This document shows positions 18,899-28,764 of a stretch of DNA of 64,000 bases, piece after piece. This DNA comes from Bacteroidales bacterium (GTDB lineage Bacteria > Bacteroidota > Bacteroidia > Bacteroidales > JAAYJT01): contig JAAYJT010000057.1 in assembly GCA_012522795.1 (NCBI GenBank), positions 44,807-108,806 on the forward strand, in the 5' to 3' direction. Below the pieces are notes generated by a model that saw only the letters and a list, made by a program, of their open reading frames with translations, searched no databases and was not told where the DNA came from. Position numbers and translations under genes: made by a program. How positions within the stretch are numbered: the stretch's first letter is position 1; each line of letters opens with the position of its first letter.

Positions 18899-19678
18899 AT
18901 GGAACATACACTCACCAAAGAAGAAATTCGTCAGGAAAAAAATCTGGTTTACAAGAAAACCAATGTAATGACTGACAATATACTGTCATACTGTCCAGGC
19001 TGCGGACATGGAACAGCTCACAGAATTTTAGCCGAAGTAATTGAAGAAATGGATATTCAGGACATAACCATAGGAGTTGACCCTGTTGGTTGTTCAGTTC
19101 TTGCATATAACTTCTTCAACCTGGATATGCAGCAGGCTGCTCACGGTCGTGCTCCTGCTTTGGCTACTGCTATAAAGCGCCTATTTCCCGAAAAATTTGT
19201 TTTTACTTATCAGGGCGATGGCGACCTGGCTGCCATTGGTACGGCTGAAACAATTCATGCCTGTAACCGCGGCGAAAACATCACTATCATATTCATAAAT
19301 AACGGGATTTATGGAATGACAGGCGGACAAATGGCTCCAACCACCCTGCCGGGAATGAAGTCAAGCACTTCACCCTATGGGCGCGACGTACAAATGATGG
19401 GTAATCCTTTGAAAATTACTGAACTTGTCGCTCAACTTCCGGGAACATGTTTTGTAACCCGACAAGCTGTTCATACTCCCTCAACAGTTAGAAGAGCTAA
19501 AAGAGCCATTCGACTTGCTTTTGAATACCAAAGTAAAAATATGGGACTAAGCTTTATTGAAATAGTTTCAAACTGTAATTCAGGATGGAAAATGACACCA
19601 CGTCAATCAAATGAGTGGATGGAAGCAAATATGTTACCATTCTATCCTCTTGGAGATATTAAAGTTCCCGAGAAATAA
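18899..19678 (+). CDS. korB: 2-oxoacid:ferredoxin oxidoreductase beta subunit (TPP-binding)
   Basis: CPGCGHG, the TPP motif GDGDLAAIG...NNGIYGMTGGQ, in 259 aa. Confidence 0.9.
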   Translation: MEHTLTKEEIRQEKNLVYKKTNVMTDNILSYCPGCGHGTAHRILAEVIEEMDIQDITIGVDPVGCSVLAYNFFNLDMQQAAHGRAPALATAIKRLFPEKFVFTYQGDGDLAAIGTAETIHACNRGENITIIFINNGIYGMTGGQMAPTTLPGMKSSTSPYGRDVQMMGNPLKITELVAQLPGTCFVTRQAVHTPSTVRRAKRAIRLAFEYQSKNMGLSFIEIVSNCNSGWKMTPRQSNEWMEANMLPFYPLGDIKVPEK

Positions 19679-19727
19679 TTTAGATGAATTTAATTTTATG
19701 AAAACATCGAAATAAAAAATTTTAACG

Positions 19728-20279
19728 ATGACTGAAGAAATAATTATAGCCGGATTTGGAGGACAAGGAGTTCTCTCAATGGGCAAAATTTTAGCCTATT
19801 CGGGAATGATGCAGGATCAGGAAGTGAGCTGGATGCCATCATACGGTCCCGAAATGCGCGGAGGCACCGCAAATGTAACAGTTATTCTTAGCGATCAGCG
19901 TATTAGCTCACCTATACTGAATCAATACGATACTGCTATATTGCTCAATCAGCAATCAATAGATAAGTTTGAAAAATCAGTTAAGCCAGGTGGCACAATC
20001 ATTTACGATGGTAATGGTATTATACGACATCCTGAACGCAAGGATGTTAACATTTATCGCATTGATGCTGCTGACGAAGCTTCAAAACTTGGTCTTTCCA
20101 AAACTTTTAACATGATAGTGCTGGGCGGATATCTAAAGATCAAACCTATTGTGGAATTCGAAAATGTTATAGAAGGTTTGAAACAATCCCTACCCGAAAG
20201 GCATCATCATCTGATCCCTGAAAACGAAAAAGCAATAAATCGCGGAATGGAAATTATCACTCAGACTCACTCTGCTTAA
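19728..20279 (+). CDS. 2-oxoacid:ferredoxin oxidoreductase gamma subunit
   Basis: IIIAGFGGQGVLSMGKILA...GPEMRGGTANV is typical of the gamma subunit. 183 aa. Confidence 0.85.
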   Translation: MTEEIIIAGFGGQGVLSMGKILAYSGMMQDQEVSWMPSYGPEMRGGTANVTVILSDQRISSPILNQYDTAILLNQQSIDKFEKSVKPGGTIIYDGNGIIRHPERKDVNIYRIDAADEASKLGLSKTFNMIVLGGYLKIKPIVEFENVIEGLKQSLPERHHHLIPENEKAINRGMEIITQTHSA

Positions 20280-20303
20280 ATAACTCATGTTTACTTTTTA
20301 AAA

Positions 20304-20338
20304 AACCTTACCGTATTAATTGCGGTAAGGTTTTTTTT
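20304..20338 (+). terminator. Rho-independent terminator of the oxidoreductase operon
   Basis: Perfect 10-bp stem AACCTTACCG (20304-20313) / CGGTAAGGTT (20323-20332), a 9-nt loop, then a run of T. Confidence 0.8.
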
Positions 20339-20351
20339 AATCTTTTGCATC

Positions 20352-21116
20352 ATGATACAGCCCGAAAACCTGAAATCATTTCTTGAAGAAAAATATATTC
20401 AGTACAACACAAAAAGTTTTATAACCGGCGATCCAATTGAAGTTCCGCACATGTTCAGTAATAATGCTGATATTGAAATTGCAGGATTTCTTACCGCTGT
20501 TATCTCATGGGGAAGACGGCACGCAATTACAAAATCGGGCAAGGAATTAATGAGAATGATGGATTTTGAACCTGAAGCGTTTGTAAAACAAGCTTCTGAG
20601 AGTGAAATAGCAACTCTTAACAGGTTTGTATACCGTACTTTTAGCGGTTTGGATGCCATGACTTTTATTCTGGCTACCCGAAATGTTATCAATGAGTATG
20701 GTTCGCTCGAAAAAGCTTTCTTTTCTCCTTATGAAGATGATATGGCGCTAATCATCAGTAGATTCAAAAAGAGATTTTTTGCAATAGAACACCTGCCACG
20801 AACCCTTAAGCACCTTCCTGACCCGATGAAAAATTCAGCGGCAAAACGAATCAATATGTTTTTAAGATGGATGATCAGAAAAGATTTAAACGGTGTTGAT
20901 TTTGGGATATGGGAGAGTACAGGGGCTGATAAGCTTATCTGCCCGCTTGATCTTCACAGCGGACAAGTCGCACGCAAGCTAAACCTATTATCGCGAAAGC
21001 AAAATGATTGGAAAGCCGCATTAGAACTTACGCAGAATCTACGTCTTTTTGATCCTGAAGACCCTGTAAAGTTCGATTTTGCACTTTTCGGGCTAGGATG
21101 GTACGAACAATTTTGA
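20352..21116 (+). CDS. TIGR02757/DUF2400-family protein (function unknown)
   Basis: GDPIEVPHMFSNNADIEIAGFLTAVISWGRR and INMFLRWMIRKDLNGVDFGIW match my memory of this conserved Bacteroidota family. Confidence 0.6.
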   Translation: MIQPENLKSFLEEKYIQYNTKSFITGDPIEVPHMFSNNADIEIAGFLTAVISWGRRHAITKSGKELMRMMDFEPEAFVKQASESEIATLNRFVYRTFSGLDAMTFILATRNVINEYGSLEKAFFSPYEDDMALIISRFKKRFFAIEHLPRTLKHLPDPMKNSAAKRINMFLRWMIRKDLNGVDFGIWESTGADKLICPLDLHSGQVARKLNLLSRKQNDWKAALELTQNLRLFDPEDPVKFDFALFGLGWYEQF

Positions 21117-21371
21117 GATTCTACCAATATATAGCCCTTACGGGACTGTTAGCTCTGGCGCTGAAACTCTCGAAGCGACCGAATATAACGACCCCGCGGA
21201 GTTGAGAAAGAACACCTAAGTTAGAATATTAATTTACGATCCTTAAGATATTATATGTTCAGTCTCTTTGTATTTTGAAGTCAGATAACTATTCTTTGTT
21301 AATCAATAGTTTAGCAGTTCATAGTCAGTCATCAATACTACCATGAACATACAAACTTCAATCAGTTGTAA

Positions 21372-21797
21372 CTAAAAAGGCAGATCATCCTGAGGTTCTG
21401 CAATTGCAGGTGGCTCACTATACTGATCTTTTTCATCAGAAGGTGTGTCAATACCGGTATCATCACGACGGGAACCAAGCAAAGTCATATTGTCACCTAT
21501 TATCTCAGTAATGGTTCTTTCAATATTATCCTTATCAATATATTTTCTCGACACTATTTTTCCTTCGATATATACCTGGCTGCCTTTACGCAAAAATCTT
21601 TCTGCAATGTCAGCCAGTCCTCTCCATAACACAATGCGATGCCATTCAGTCTGGTCAACGCGGTTACCTTCTTTATTCTTATAGGATTCAGTGGTAGCCA
21701 TTGAAAAATTAGCAACTTTGACGCCACTTTCAATGGTGCGTACTTCCGGATCTCTTCCAAGATTACCGATTAAAATTACTTTGTTAACTCCAGCCAT
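21372..21797 (-). CDS. ssb: Single-stranded DNA-binding protein
   Basis: MAGVNKVILIGNLGRDPEVR...TEWHRIVLW and the acidic C-terminal tip DDLPF. Confidence 0.95.
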   Translation of the reverse strand: MAGVNKVILIGNLGRDPEVRTIESGVKVANFSMATTESYKNKEGNRVDQTEWHRIVLWRGLADIAERFLRKGSQVYIEGKIVSRKYIDKDNIERTITEIIGDNMTLLGSRRDDTGIDTPSDEKDQYSEPPAIAEPQDDLPF

Positions 21798-21842
21798 AGC
21801 TTCAAATTTTAAATTAATAGATTTGTTTTACTAAACGGAGAG

Positions 21843-21850
21843 CAAATATA
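21843..21850 (-). promoter_or_regulatory. Candidate -7 promoter box (TAnnTTTG) for ssb
   Basis: The minus strand reads TATATTTG, about 46 bp upstream of the ssb ATG. Confidence 0.3.
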
Positions 21851-21922
21851 GTGATTTTTTAGGCAAAAGCAATAGATTGGTGTTATGTTTTTTTAATATT
21901 TTTACATCTTAAATAAAAAATT

Positions 21923-22864
21923 ATGGGAATTTTCCAATCCGGATTATTACAACACCTCTCTCCTATACGAAAAATAATAGCACTCATTCTGCTCTCATTG
22001 TTCAGTATGCTGGTTATTATGTTGATCGGGTGGCTGATTGCCACAATGATCTTTGGTAATATCTTAACTCTTATGACCCAGCTAAACGATCACCAAAACT
22101 TTGAGGTAATAAGGCTATTAAAATATTTCCAGATCATAAATCAAATTGGATTATTCATTATCCCGCCTGTTTTATTTGCATTCCTTGACAGCAATAATAT
22201 CTGGCGCTATTTAGGGTTGACCCGAAAGCCTCAACTCAGGGTGGTTACTCTAAGCATAATAATAATAATAGCAATTCTGCCTTTAATTCATGTTTCAGCA
22301 CTATTTAACGAACAGCTAAAACTTCCGGCCTGGCTACAAGGACTGGAAAATTGGATGCGACAATCGGAGATTAATGCTGAAAGCCTCACAAAAGCTTTTC
22401 TTGATGTAAAAACAACAGGAGGATTTCTGGTGAACATATTTATGATAGCCCTGATTCCTGCTATTGGCGAAGAATTATTGTTCAGGGGTGTGTTGCAAAA
22501 ATTACTACATTGCTGGTTTGGTAATATTCACTGGGCTGTATTGTTAACTGCTATCATATTCAGTGCAATGCATCTGCAGTTTTATGGTTTTCTTCCCCGT
22601 ATGATACTTGGTGTTTTATTCGGCTACCTTTTTGTAATTACCCAATCCTTATGGGTTCCCATCATAGTGCATTTTTTTAATAATGGAATGGCAGTAATTG
22701 CTGCTTTTTTATTCCAAAATAAGTTTATTGAGAATAATTACGATGAGATAGGGCAGATTTCTGATCCTTTGTTAATAATTGCCAGTATAATTATGGTCGT
22801 TACCTTGTTTGTAGTTATTGCCAGATTATCTGATAATCAAGGGAAAACAAATACACAGATATAA
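21923..22864 (+). CDS. CPBP-family intramembrane glutamic endopeptidase (CAAX protease/Abi-like)
   Basis: Polytopic membrane protein with EELLFRGVLQ, FSAMH and HFFNN motifs. Confidence 0.85.
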   Translation: MGIFQSGLLQHLSPIRKIIALILLSLFSMLVIMLIGWLIATMIFGNILTLMTQLNDHQNFEVIRLLKYFQIINQIGLFIIPPVLFAFLDSNNIWRYLGLTRKPQLRVVTLSIIIIIAILPLIHVSALFNEQLKLPAWLQGLENWMRQSEINAESLTKAFLDVKTTGGFLVNIFMIALIPAIGEELLFRGVLQKLLHCWFGNIHWAVLLTAIIFSAMHLQFYGFLPRMILGVLFGYLFVITQSLWVPIIVHFFNNGMAVIAAFLFQNKFIENNYDEIGQISDPLLIIASIIMVVTLFVVIARLSDNQGKTNTQI

Positions 22865-22869
22865 AAAAA

Positions 22870-22904
22870 CCGGGGTAAGCTTTCATTTCAAAAACCCACC
22901 CCGG
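22870..22904. terminator. Probable bidirectional terminator hairpin between convergent genes
   Basis: CCGGGGT (22870-22876) pairs with ACCCCGG (22898-22904). An A-run lies upstream and a T-rich stretch downstream. The loop is long (21 nt), so confidence is moderate. Confidence 0.45.
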
Positions 22905-22924
22905 CTCATTAATTTTTCACAATA

Positions 22925-23389
22925 CTATTGTTCTACCCTTTTTCTGGCAGAATAGTTAATACGGAAAGCTCCAATTTGTCGTAATTCCTGCTTAACATCG
23001 GTTACAATACCCATTCTTACCTGTTCATCAACTTTTAACGATGTGGTAAGAAATCCTCTGTCAGCTTCATCACGGGCTTCACGTTCAGCAATAATAAAAT
23101 TCTGAATATCGCTAACTGTTGCAAATCTATCGTTAAGCTGAATACGTGATTCAGTACCATATATCTGGCTTCTTAAAGGAGTTCCGATATATATATAACT
23201 TACCAGCGATTTTCGTTCAAGCTTTTGTACTTCAGTAGCGTTAGGTACTTTAACTTTTACAATGAGAGTAGTTTCGCGCATCACCGTAGTTACCATAAAG
23301 AAGAACAGAAGCATAAAAATAACGTCCGGCAACGATGCTGTAGATATTGCAGTAAGTTTTTTACCACCTTTTTTTCTAAATCTTGACAT
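22925..23389 (-). CDS. exbD: Biopolymer transport protein ExbD/TolR
   Basis: N-terminal TM with the LPDVIFMLLFFFMVT pattern. 154 aa. It sits in an exbB-exbD cluster. Confidence 0.85.
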   Translation of the reverse strand: MSRFRKKGGKKLTAISTASLPDVIFMLLFFFMVTTVMRETTLIVKVKVPNATEVQKLERKSLVSYIYIGTPLRSQIYGTESRIQLNDRFATVSDIQNFIIAEREARDEADRGFLTTSLKVDEQVRMGIVTDVKQELRQIGAFRINYSARKRVEQ

Positions 23390-23390
23390 T

Positions 23391-23963
23391 TTATTTTCCT
23401 CCTACGTCTTCTGGTTCAGCTTCTGAAATAGCAACAGGGATAGCTTTATTAATAGCATTAATCCAATCAGCATTAGTAAGTTGATTGTATCTTATTCCAA
23501 ATTTCTCCATTGAGAGTTCATTACGCATTTCTGCAAATGCAGCAGCCAGCTCATTCTGTACCTGAATATACATATCGTACGATGTTCCCCGGTCGTTTTT
23601 CAGAGACACAATCCCTCTGGAAACAGGTACATTTCCTAATCCTTCAATCTCTTCAACACGTTGTTCCGGCCAATCAGAACGATTACTCCTGTTTTGAATA
23701 AATTCCTTGACAGTTCTTCGCAATGTACTTATATCGCTGGGCACTCGGTTTACCATTAAAGCATCACGACTACTGACAAGAACATTCAACACATTTCTTT
23801 CTTTAATATCAGCTGGCTTGACTGTTGGATCGGGTGGCGGAGGCAATCTCCTTACAATTCCTGAATCCACGTCCATTGTAGTTGTAACAAGGAAAAAGAT
23901 CAGCAAAAGGAAAGCGATATCAGCCATTGATCCGGCATTGATTTCATTAACAGGTCTCGCCAT
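23391..23963 (-). CDS. exbD: Biopolymer transport protein ExbD/TolR (second paralog)
   Basis: INAGSMADIAFLLLIFFLVTT, the ExbD signature. 190 aa. It is separated from the downstream exbD by 1 bp. Confidence 0.85.
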   Translation of the reverse strand: MARPVNEINAGSMADIAFLLLIFFLVTTTMDVDSGIVRRLPPPPDPTVKPADIKERNVLNVLVSSRDALMVNRVPSDISTLRRTVKEFIQNRSNRSDWPEQRVEEIEGLGNVPVSRGIVSLKNDRGTSYDMYIQVQNELAAAFAEMRNELSMEKFGIRYNQLTNADWINAINKAIPVAISEAEPEDVGGK

Positions 23964-23975
23964 TTCTATAAATAT

Positions 23976-24434
23976 TTAATTTTTAAATAAATTTGAAATC
24001 TCAGCATAAAAAACAGCAATAACAGAAGCAATAGCTATAAAGTAAGTAACTATAAGAGCTGCTCCAATCTGGCGTGAACCCGATTCACTGATATTATATT
24101 CCATTAGTTTTATTGCTGACAATTCATTTTTAGATATAACATATGCTATTATCCCGACAATTACCAGCCCTATCACTCCAATTAAAGCCCTGATAGCTTT
24201 CTTGGGTTGAGTGACAGTATTGATTATCGGAAATAATAATGCAAATAGTAAACATAACCCTAGAGCAACATAAGCAGTTAGAAAAAACGGGTTAAGAATA
24301 CTGTTTTGAACTGATTGGTTATCTTTCATCTCGTGTCCGCCCTTTATCAAAACGGCCACCATACTTATAACCGCAATTATAATCAGGATAACAGATATTA
24401 TCTTGAATATTCTTACTGTGATATTTTTTTCCAT
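23976..24434 (-). CDS. Hypothetical 4-TM membrane protein embedded in the exbB-exbD cluster
   Basis: 152 aa with four hydrophobic segments. It is tightly packed between exbB and exbD (7-bp and 12-bp gaps). I recognise no motif. Confidence 0.5.
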   Translation of the reverse strand: MEKNITVRIFKIISVILIIIAVISMVAVLIKGGHEMKDNQSVQNSILNPFFLTAYVALGLCLLFALLFPIINTVTQPKKAIRALIGVIGLVIVGIIAYVISKNELSAIKLMEYNISESGSRQIGAALIVTYFIAIASVIAVFYAEISNLFKN

Positions 24435-24441
24435 TGATTAC

Positions 24442-25266
24442 TTATTTTTTTTCGTTTTTCATATCGCTTTTAACAAGCAGTTCCACGAATGTAGTGGTGC
24501 TATCTTCCATATCATTAACAAGGCTGTCAATTTTTGACAGGATATAGTTATAGAAAATTTGAAGAATAATAGCAACAATGAGTCCGAACACTGTGGTTAA
24601 CAGAGCTACTTTAATACCTCCTGCCACAATTGTTGGTGAAATATCACCTGCTGCTTCAATAGCGTCAAAAGCCTGAACCATCCCAACAACAGTACCTAAG
24701 AAGCCAAGCATGGGTGCCAGTGCAATAAACAACGAAATCCATGAAAGACCTTTTTCCAGCCGTCCCATAAGAACACCACCATACGAAACTATTGATTTTT
24801 CAACTACATCAATACCTTCGTTGTAACGGTCGAGACCCTGATAGAATATACTAGCAACAGGTCCGCGTGTATTTTTACAAACATCTTTGGCAGCCTCAAT
24901 TCCACCTGTTTTCAGCGACGACTGAACTTTGTCAAGTAGCTTTTTGGTATTGGTAGTTGACAGGTTGAGGTAAATGATACGCTCAATAGCCAGAGCAAGA
25001 CCAAAAATTAAAGTTAACAAAATAATTCCCATAAACTCAGGTCCGCCTTCAATAAACTTTTCCTTTAAAACCTGGTGGAAAGTCTTACCTTCGGTGGTGG
25101 GAGCAGTTAGAGTTGCTGCAGTTGGAGGTGGTGCAATTTCTTGTTCAATTGTTTCTTCGGTTTGAACTTCCTGATTCTCAATTTCTTCTTCCTGAGAATA
25201 AACCTGTTTTGAAATTCCGAGCATTAGCACAACGGCAATGGTCAGCAGAGCGATTACTTTTTTCAT
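24442..25266 (-). CDS. exbB: MotA/TolQ/ExbB proton-channel family protein
   Basis: Signal peptide, an acidic/Pro-rich periplasmic segment, then the ExbB core (LALAPMLGFLGTVVGMVQAF). The start is taken at the ATG at 25266 (MKKVIALL). Confidence 0.85.
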   Translation of the reverse strand: MKKVIALLTIAVVLMLGISKQVYSQEEEIENQEVQTEETIEQEIAPPPTAATLTAPTTEGKTFHQVLKEKFIEGGPEFMGIILLTLIFGLALAIERIIYLNLSTTNTKKLLDKVQSSLKTGGIEAAKDVCKNTRGPVASIFYQGLDRYNEGIDVVEKSIVSYGGVLMGRLEKGLSWISLFIALAPMLGFLGTVVGMVQAFDAIEAAGDISPTIVAGGIKVALLTTVFGLIVAIILQIFYNYILSKIDSLVNDMEDSTTTFVELLVKSDMKNEKK

Positions 25267-25333
25267 AATTGATTGCAATTGATTTTTAATTCGCAAATAT
25301 AATAATTTAGTTAACAGATGCATATTTTAGTTG

Positions 25334-25423
25334 CGGAGAGAGAGGGATTCGAACCCTCGGTCCCGCTCCACACGGAACTCACACTTTCCAGGCGTGCGCC
25401 TTAAACCACTCGGCCACCTCTCC
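25334..25423 (-). tRNA. tRNA-Ser (anticodon GGA)
   Basis: The minus strand reads GGAGAGGTGGCCGAGTGGTTTAAGGCGCACGCCTGGAAAGTGTG...GAGGGTTCGAATCCCTCTCTCTCCG. It has acceptor stem GGAGAGG/TCTCTCC, anticodon stem CACGC/GTGTG with loop CTGGAAA, a long variable arm (class II) and T-arm GAGGG-TTCGAAT-CCCTC. CCA is not encoded. Confidence 0.9.
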
Positions 25424-25542
25424 GAAAATGCCTTCAGGTTTTCCCTTACTCATTTTGGGCTGCTAAATTAAAAAAATTATTAACAATGAAGCTTTTTTTA
25501 ATCATTTTTTAATCAGTTATGCAAATTTTGATGATGTGGAAA

Positions 25543-27159
25543 TTAAATAATTAGTTTACTTCGGTTTTTAAATAATAGCACTAAAGCAGATAAAAGCATT
25601 ATTATTGAACCAAAAGTTGATATCCTGGCAATGTAATCTCCATAACGAACATAAAATGTTTCACCTTCGCCTGTATAAATAACCTGACGTATCACCGCAG
25701 GCTCCCAATAGGCAGTAGATTGTATAATATCGCCACGCTTGTTTATAAAACAAGAAATGCCGGTATTAGCCGACCGGGCTATATATCGGCGGGTTTCAAC
25801 TGCCCTTACCACCGAAAATAATAAATGCTGACGATGACCGGGGCTGTTTTCCCACCAGCCATCATTAGTAATAACAAAAATCATCTGAGCTCCGTTTCGT
25901 ATGAAACCGCTGATAAATTCTCCGTAAACCGATTCGTAACAAATGGCTGTGGCTACTTTCAATCCCTTATTAGTAACAAATGGGGTACGTTCGGCATCAA
26001 CACCCAGACTTCCAACTGTACCCCCAAGGTCAATAGCGAGTTTTTCAATGAATTTCAAATATCGGGTTAAAGGCATCTGTTCAACGCCGGGAGTTAATTT
26101 AGATTTGTGATAAAGCTGCAAAACATCTGAAGTATCAATCAATACAGCAGTATTATAAGCATCATAATAAAAGGCTCCATCAGTAAATTGCCTCGAAGTT
26201 GACGAAGGTATTTCGCCTTCACCGTAAACTTTTCTTGATGACAAACCTATCACAATCCCGGCATCAGGAAAATGTTGTAAATATTTTTTAAATTGCCTTA
26301 TACTTTCCGAATATTCAATTTTATGTTCCCAGATATACTCCTGTATAGCGCTTTCCGGACAAACGATGAAATCAACATTTCTGTCTAGTTTCCTTAATGC
26401 AAGATCCCAGTTCCGGTCAACTACATAAAGAGGATCAAGTTCGTACTGTTCAGTATAAGGGTCAATATTTGGCTGAACCACCACTATATCAACAGCTTGT
26501 CCATTATCAGAATTGTAATTATAATATATTGTTAATGAGATTATTACAGGAGTAAAAAATACAAGCGAAACCTTACATATTTCAATAGTCAGCCTTCGTA
26601 CCGAATAATTTTTCATAAGGTATGACCCAGCATTGAATAGCATTACATTAATAATGAGTATCCAGAGGCTGCCTCCAAAAACTCCTGTGAACTCATACCA
26701 TTGGATCAGCTTTGGATAAGCGCTGAAACCGTTACCAAGACTGAGCCAGGGCCAGTTCAGATCCCAGTGATGATGGATGAACTCAAAAGTGATCCAAAAA
26801 AATATTAAAGTTAAAAACGACTGTAACTTTTTTATAAATGAGCGGTGTGTAAAATGGAAAAGTACAAACCAGAAAGTCATGAATATAGTGTTCAGCACTA
26901 TAGCCAGTGCAGCTCCTACTACTGTTGAATGTACGATCCACCATGTTGTAAGAAGATTCCAGAGAAAAAAAGCGGGAAAAACATACGGGATGATCAAAAA
27001 AACAGAAGTTTCTTTTTTCTGGTTCAGGAAATGGTTCTCAATAATAAGCAAAGGAATAAATGCAACAAAAAGTAACAAGGGGAAGCCTCGCTCAGGCCAG
27101 GCCAGGCTGAACAGCAATCCGCTCAGAATCGAAAGAAGAAACAGATGATACGATCTCAT
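25543..27159 (-). CDS. lnt: Apolipoprotein N-acyltransferase
   Basis: An N-terminal polytopic region (SLAWPERGFPLLLFVAFIPLL) plus a C-terminal CN-hydrolase domain (VVQPNI..., ICYES). 538 aa. Confidence 0.9.
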   Translation of the reverse strand: MRSYHLFLLSILSGLLFSLAWPERGFPLLLFVAFIPLLIIENHFLNQKKETSVFLIIPYVFPAFFLWNLLTTWWIVHSTVVGAALAIVLNTIFMTFWFVLFHFTHRSFIKKLQSFLTLIFFWITFEFIHHHWDLNWPWLSLGNGFSAYPKLIQWYEFTGVFGGSLWILIINVMLFNAGSYLMKNYSVRRLTIEICKVSLVFFTPVIISLTIYYNYNSDNGQAVDIVVVQPNIDPYTEQYELDPLYVVDRNWDLALRKLDRNVDFIVCPESAIQEYIWEHKIEYSESIRQFKKYLQHFPDAGIVIGLSSRKVYGEGEIPSSTSRQFTDGAFYYDAYNTAVLIDTSDVLQLYHKSKLTPGVEQMPLTRYLKFIEKLAIDLGGTVGSLGVDAERTPFVTNKGLKVATAICYESVYGEFISGFIRNGAQMIFVITNDGWWENSPGHRQHLLFSVVRAVETRRYIARSANTGISCFINKRGDIIQSTAYWEPAVIRQVIYTGEGETFYVRYGDYIARISTFGSIIMLLSALVLLFKNRSKLII

Positions 27160-27168
27160 TTGCTAAGA

Positions 27169-28362
27169 TTACTTGCCTTCAATAGCTGCAACACCGGGAA
27201 GAATTTTACCTTCGATATACTCAAGCATGGCGCCGCCACCGGTAGAAACATAACTGACTTTATCAGCCATTTTGAATTTATTGATTGCCGCTACCGAATC
27301 ACCACCACCGATAAGTGAAAAAGCTCCTTTTTGAGTTGCATTTGTCACTGCTGTTGCAATATATTTCGTGCCATGCTTGAAATTAGGCATTTCAAAAACA
27401 CCCATAGGCCCATTCCACAGTATGGTTTTGGAATTCATCAGCACTTCTTCAAAAAGCTTACAGGATTTCATACCTATATCCAGCCCCATATAATCAGAAG
27501 GGATCTCACCTACTGAACATTCAATACGTTTGGCATCGTTGGCAAAATCATCAGCAGCAATAACGTCAACCGGCAGTATCAGTTTAGCTCCAAAAGAATT
27601 TGCACCATCAATGATATTTTTTGCCACTTCTAGTAAATCATTTTCAACCATCGAACCACCTATATTTCCACCCATAGCTTTGATAAAGGTAAACATCATA
27701 CCTCCGCCAATTATCAGATTATCAACTTTTCCGATAAGATTTTCTATTACTTTTAATTTCGACGACACTTTGGCGCCTCCCAGAACGGCGGTAAAAGGAC
27801 GTTCGGCACCATAAACAACCTTTTTCAGGCTGCTTATTTCGGCTTCCATCAAAAGCCCAAAAAGTTTATCATTGGGGAAATATCTGGCAATTACTGCTGT
27901 GGAAGCATGTTCACGATGTGCAGTTCCAAAAGCATCATTAACATAAACATCACCCAGATCAGCCAGTTTTTTGGCAAAATCAGCATCGCCGGCTTCTTCT
28001 TCTTTGTAAAAGCGCAGATTTTCAAGCAGAAGTATCTGTCCGGGTTTCAATTCTGCAGTCATATTACGGGCTAAGTCACCTATACAGTCATCAGCAAAAA
28101 GAATAGTTGTAGAAAACATCTTTTCAAGATATGATATAACGTGGCTGAGTGACAGTTTTGATTCCGGACCTTTCTTGGGTCTTCCAAGATGCGACATAAG
28201 TATGGCAGCCCCACCTTTGTCAAGCACTTCCCGTATAGTTGGGATGGTAGCATCAATGCGGTTAGTGTCAGTTATTTTCTGATTATCGTCAAGAGGTACG
28301 TTATAATCCACCCTGATAAGGGCTTTTTTTCCTTTGAAATCATATTCCTTAAAACTTTTCAT
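27169..28362 (-). CDS. pgk: Phosphoglycerate kinase
   Basis: KKALIRVDYNVPLD, SHLGRPKG-like (MSHLGRPKKGP), STGGGA. The start is taken at the ATG at 28362 (MKSFKEYDF). Confidence 0.95.
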   Translation of the reverse strand: MKSFKEYDFKGKKALIRVDYNVPLDDNQKITDTNRIDATIPTIREVLDKGGAAILMSHLGRPKKGPESKLSLSHVISYLEKMFSTTILFADDCIGDLARNMTAELKPGQILLLENLRFYKEEEAGDADFAKKLADLGDVYVNDAFGTAHREHASTAVIARYFPNDKLFGLLMEAEISSLKKVVYGAERPFTAVLGGAKVSSKLKVIENLIGKVDNLIIGGGMMFTFIKAMGGNIGGSMVENDLLEVAKNIIDGANSFGAKLILPVDVIAADDFANDAKRIECSVGEIPSDYMGLDIGMKSCKLFEEVLMNSKTILWNGPMGVFEMPNFKHGTKYIATAVTNATQKGAFSLIGGGDSVAAINKFKMADKVSYVSTGGGAMLEYIEGKILPGVAAIEGK

Positions 28363-28716
28363 TGCTATTTGGATTTTAAAATTTAAAATGTTGTCCACAG
28401 CATCTTAATACCGCTTGCAAAGATAAACGCTTTTGTTAATCGGGGATTATATATATGTGATCCATTGATCAATTAAGTTGTTGATTATTTTAAGAGTAGG
28501 CTGATAATCTCACAAAAACTAAAACATAAAACCACAAAATATGAGACAGAACAAGTTAATTTCAAATCAGTGTAGATCACAGTATTCAGATGAAACCAAA
28601 ACTGGGTAAATTAAATCCCGATCAACTTTGCGATTTAGGAGGATATGGACTTACAGTATTGAATTGGAATTTTATCTGATTGCTAATTTGTCAAAACACA
28701 GCATAACAGAAAACTG

Positions 28717-28724
28717 TATCTTTG
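28717..28724 (+). promoter_or_regulatory. Candidate -7 promoter box (TAnnTTTG) for metG
   Basis: TATCTTTG lies 41 bp upstream of the metG ATG. A TTTG sits at 28687-28690, but the spacing (26 nt) is longer than the usual ~19-21. Confidence 0.3.
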
Positions 28725-28764
28725 CACCTTTTATAAACAATTGAAAAAGTAATTAATATTCTGT

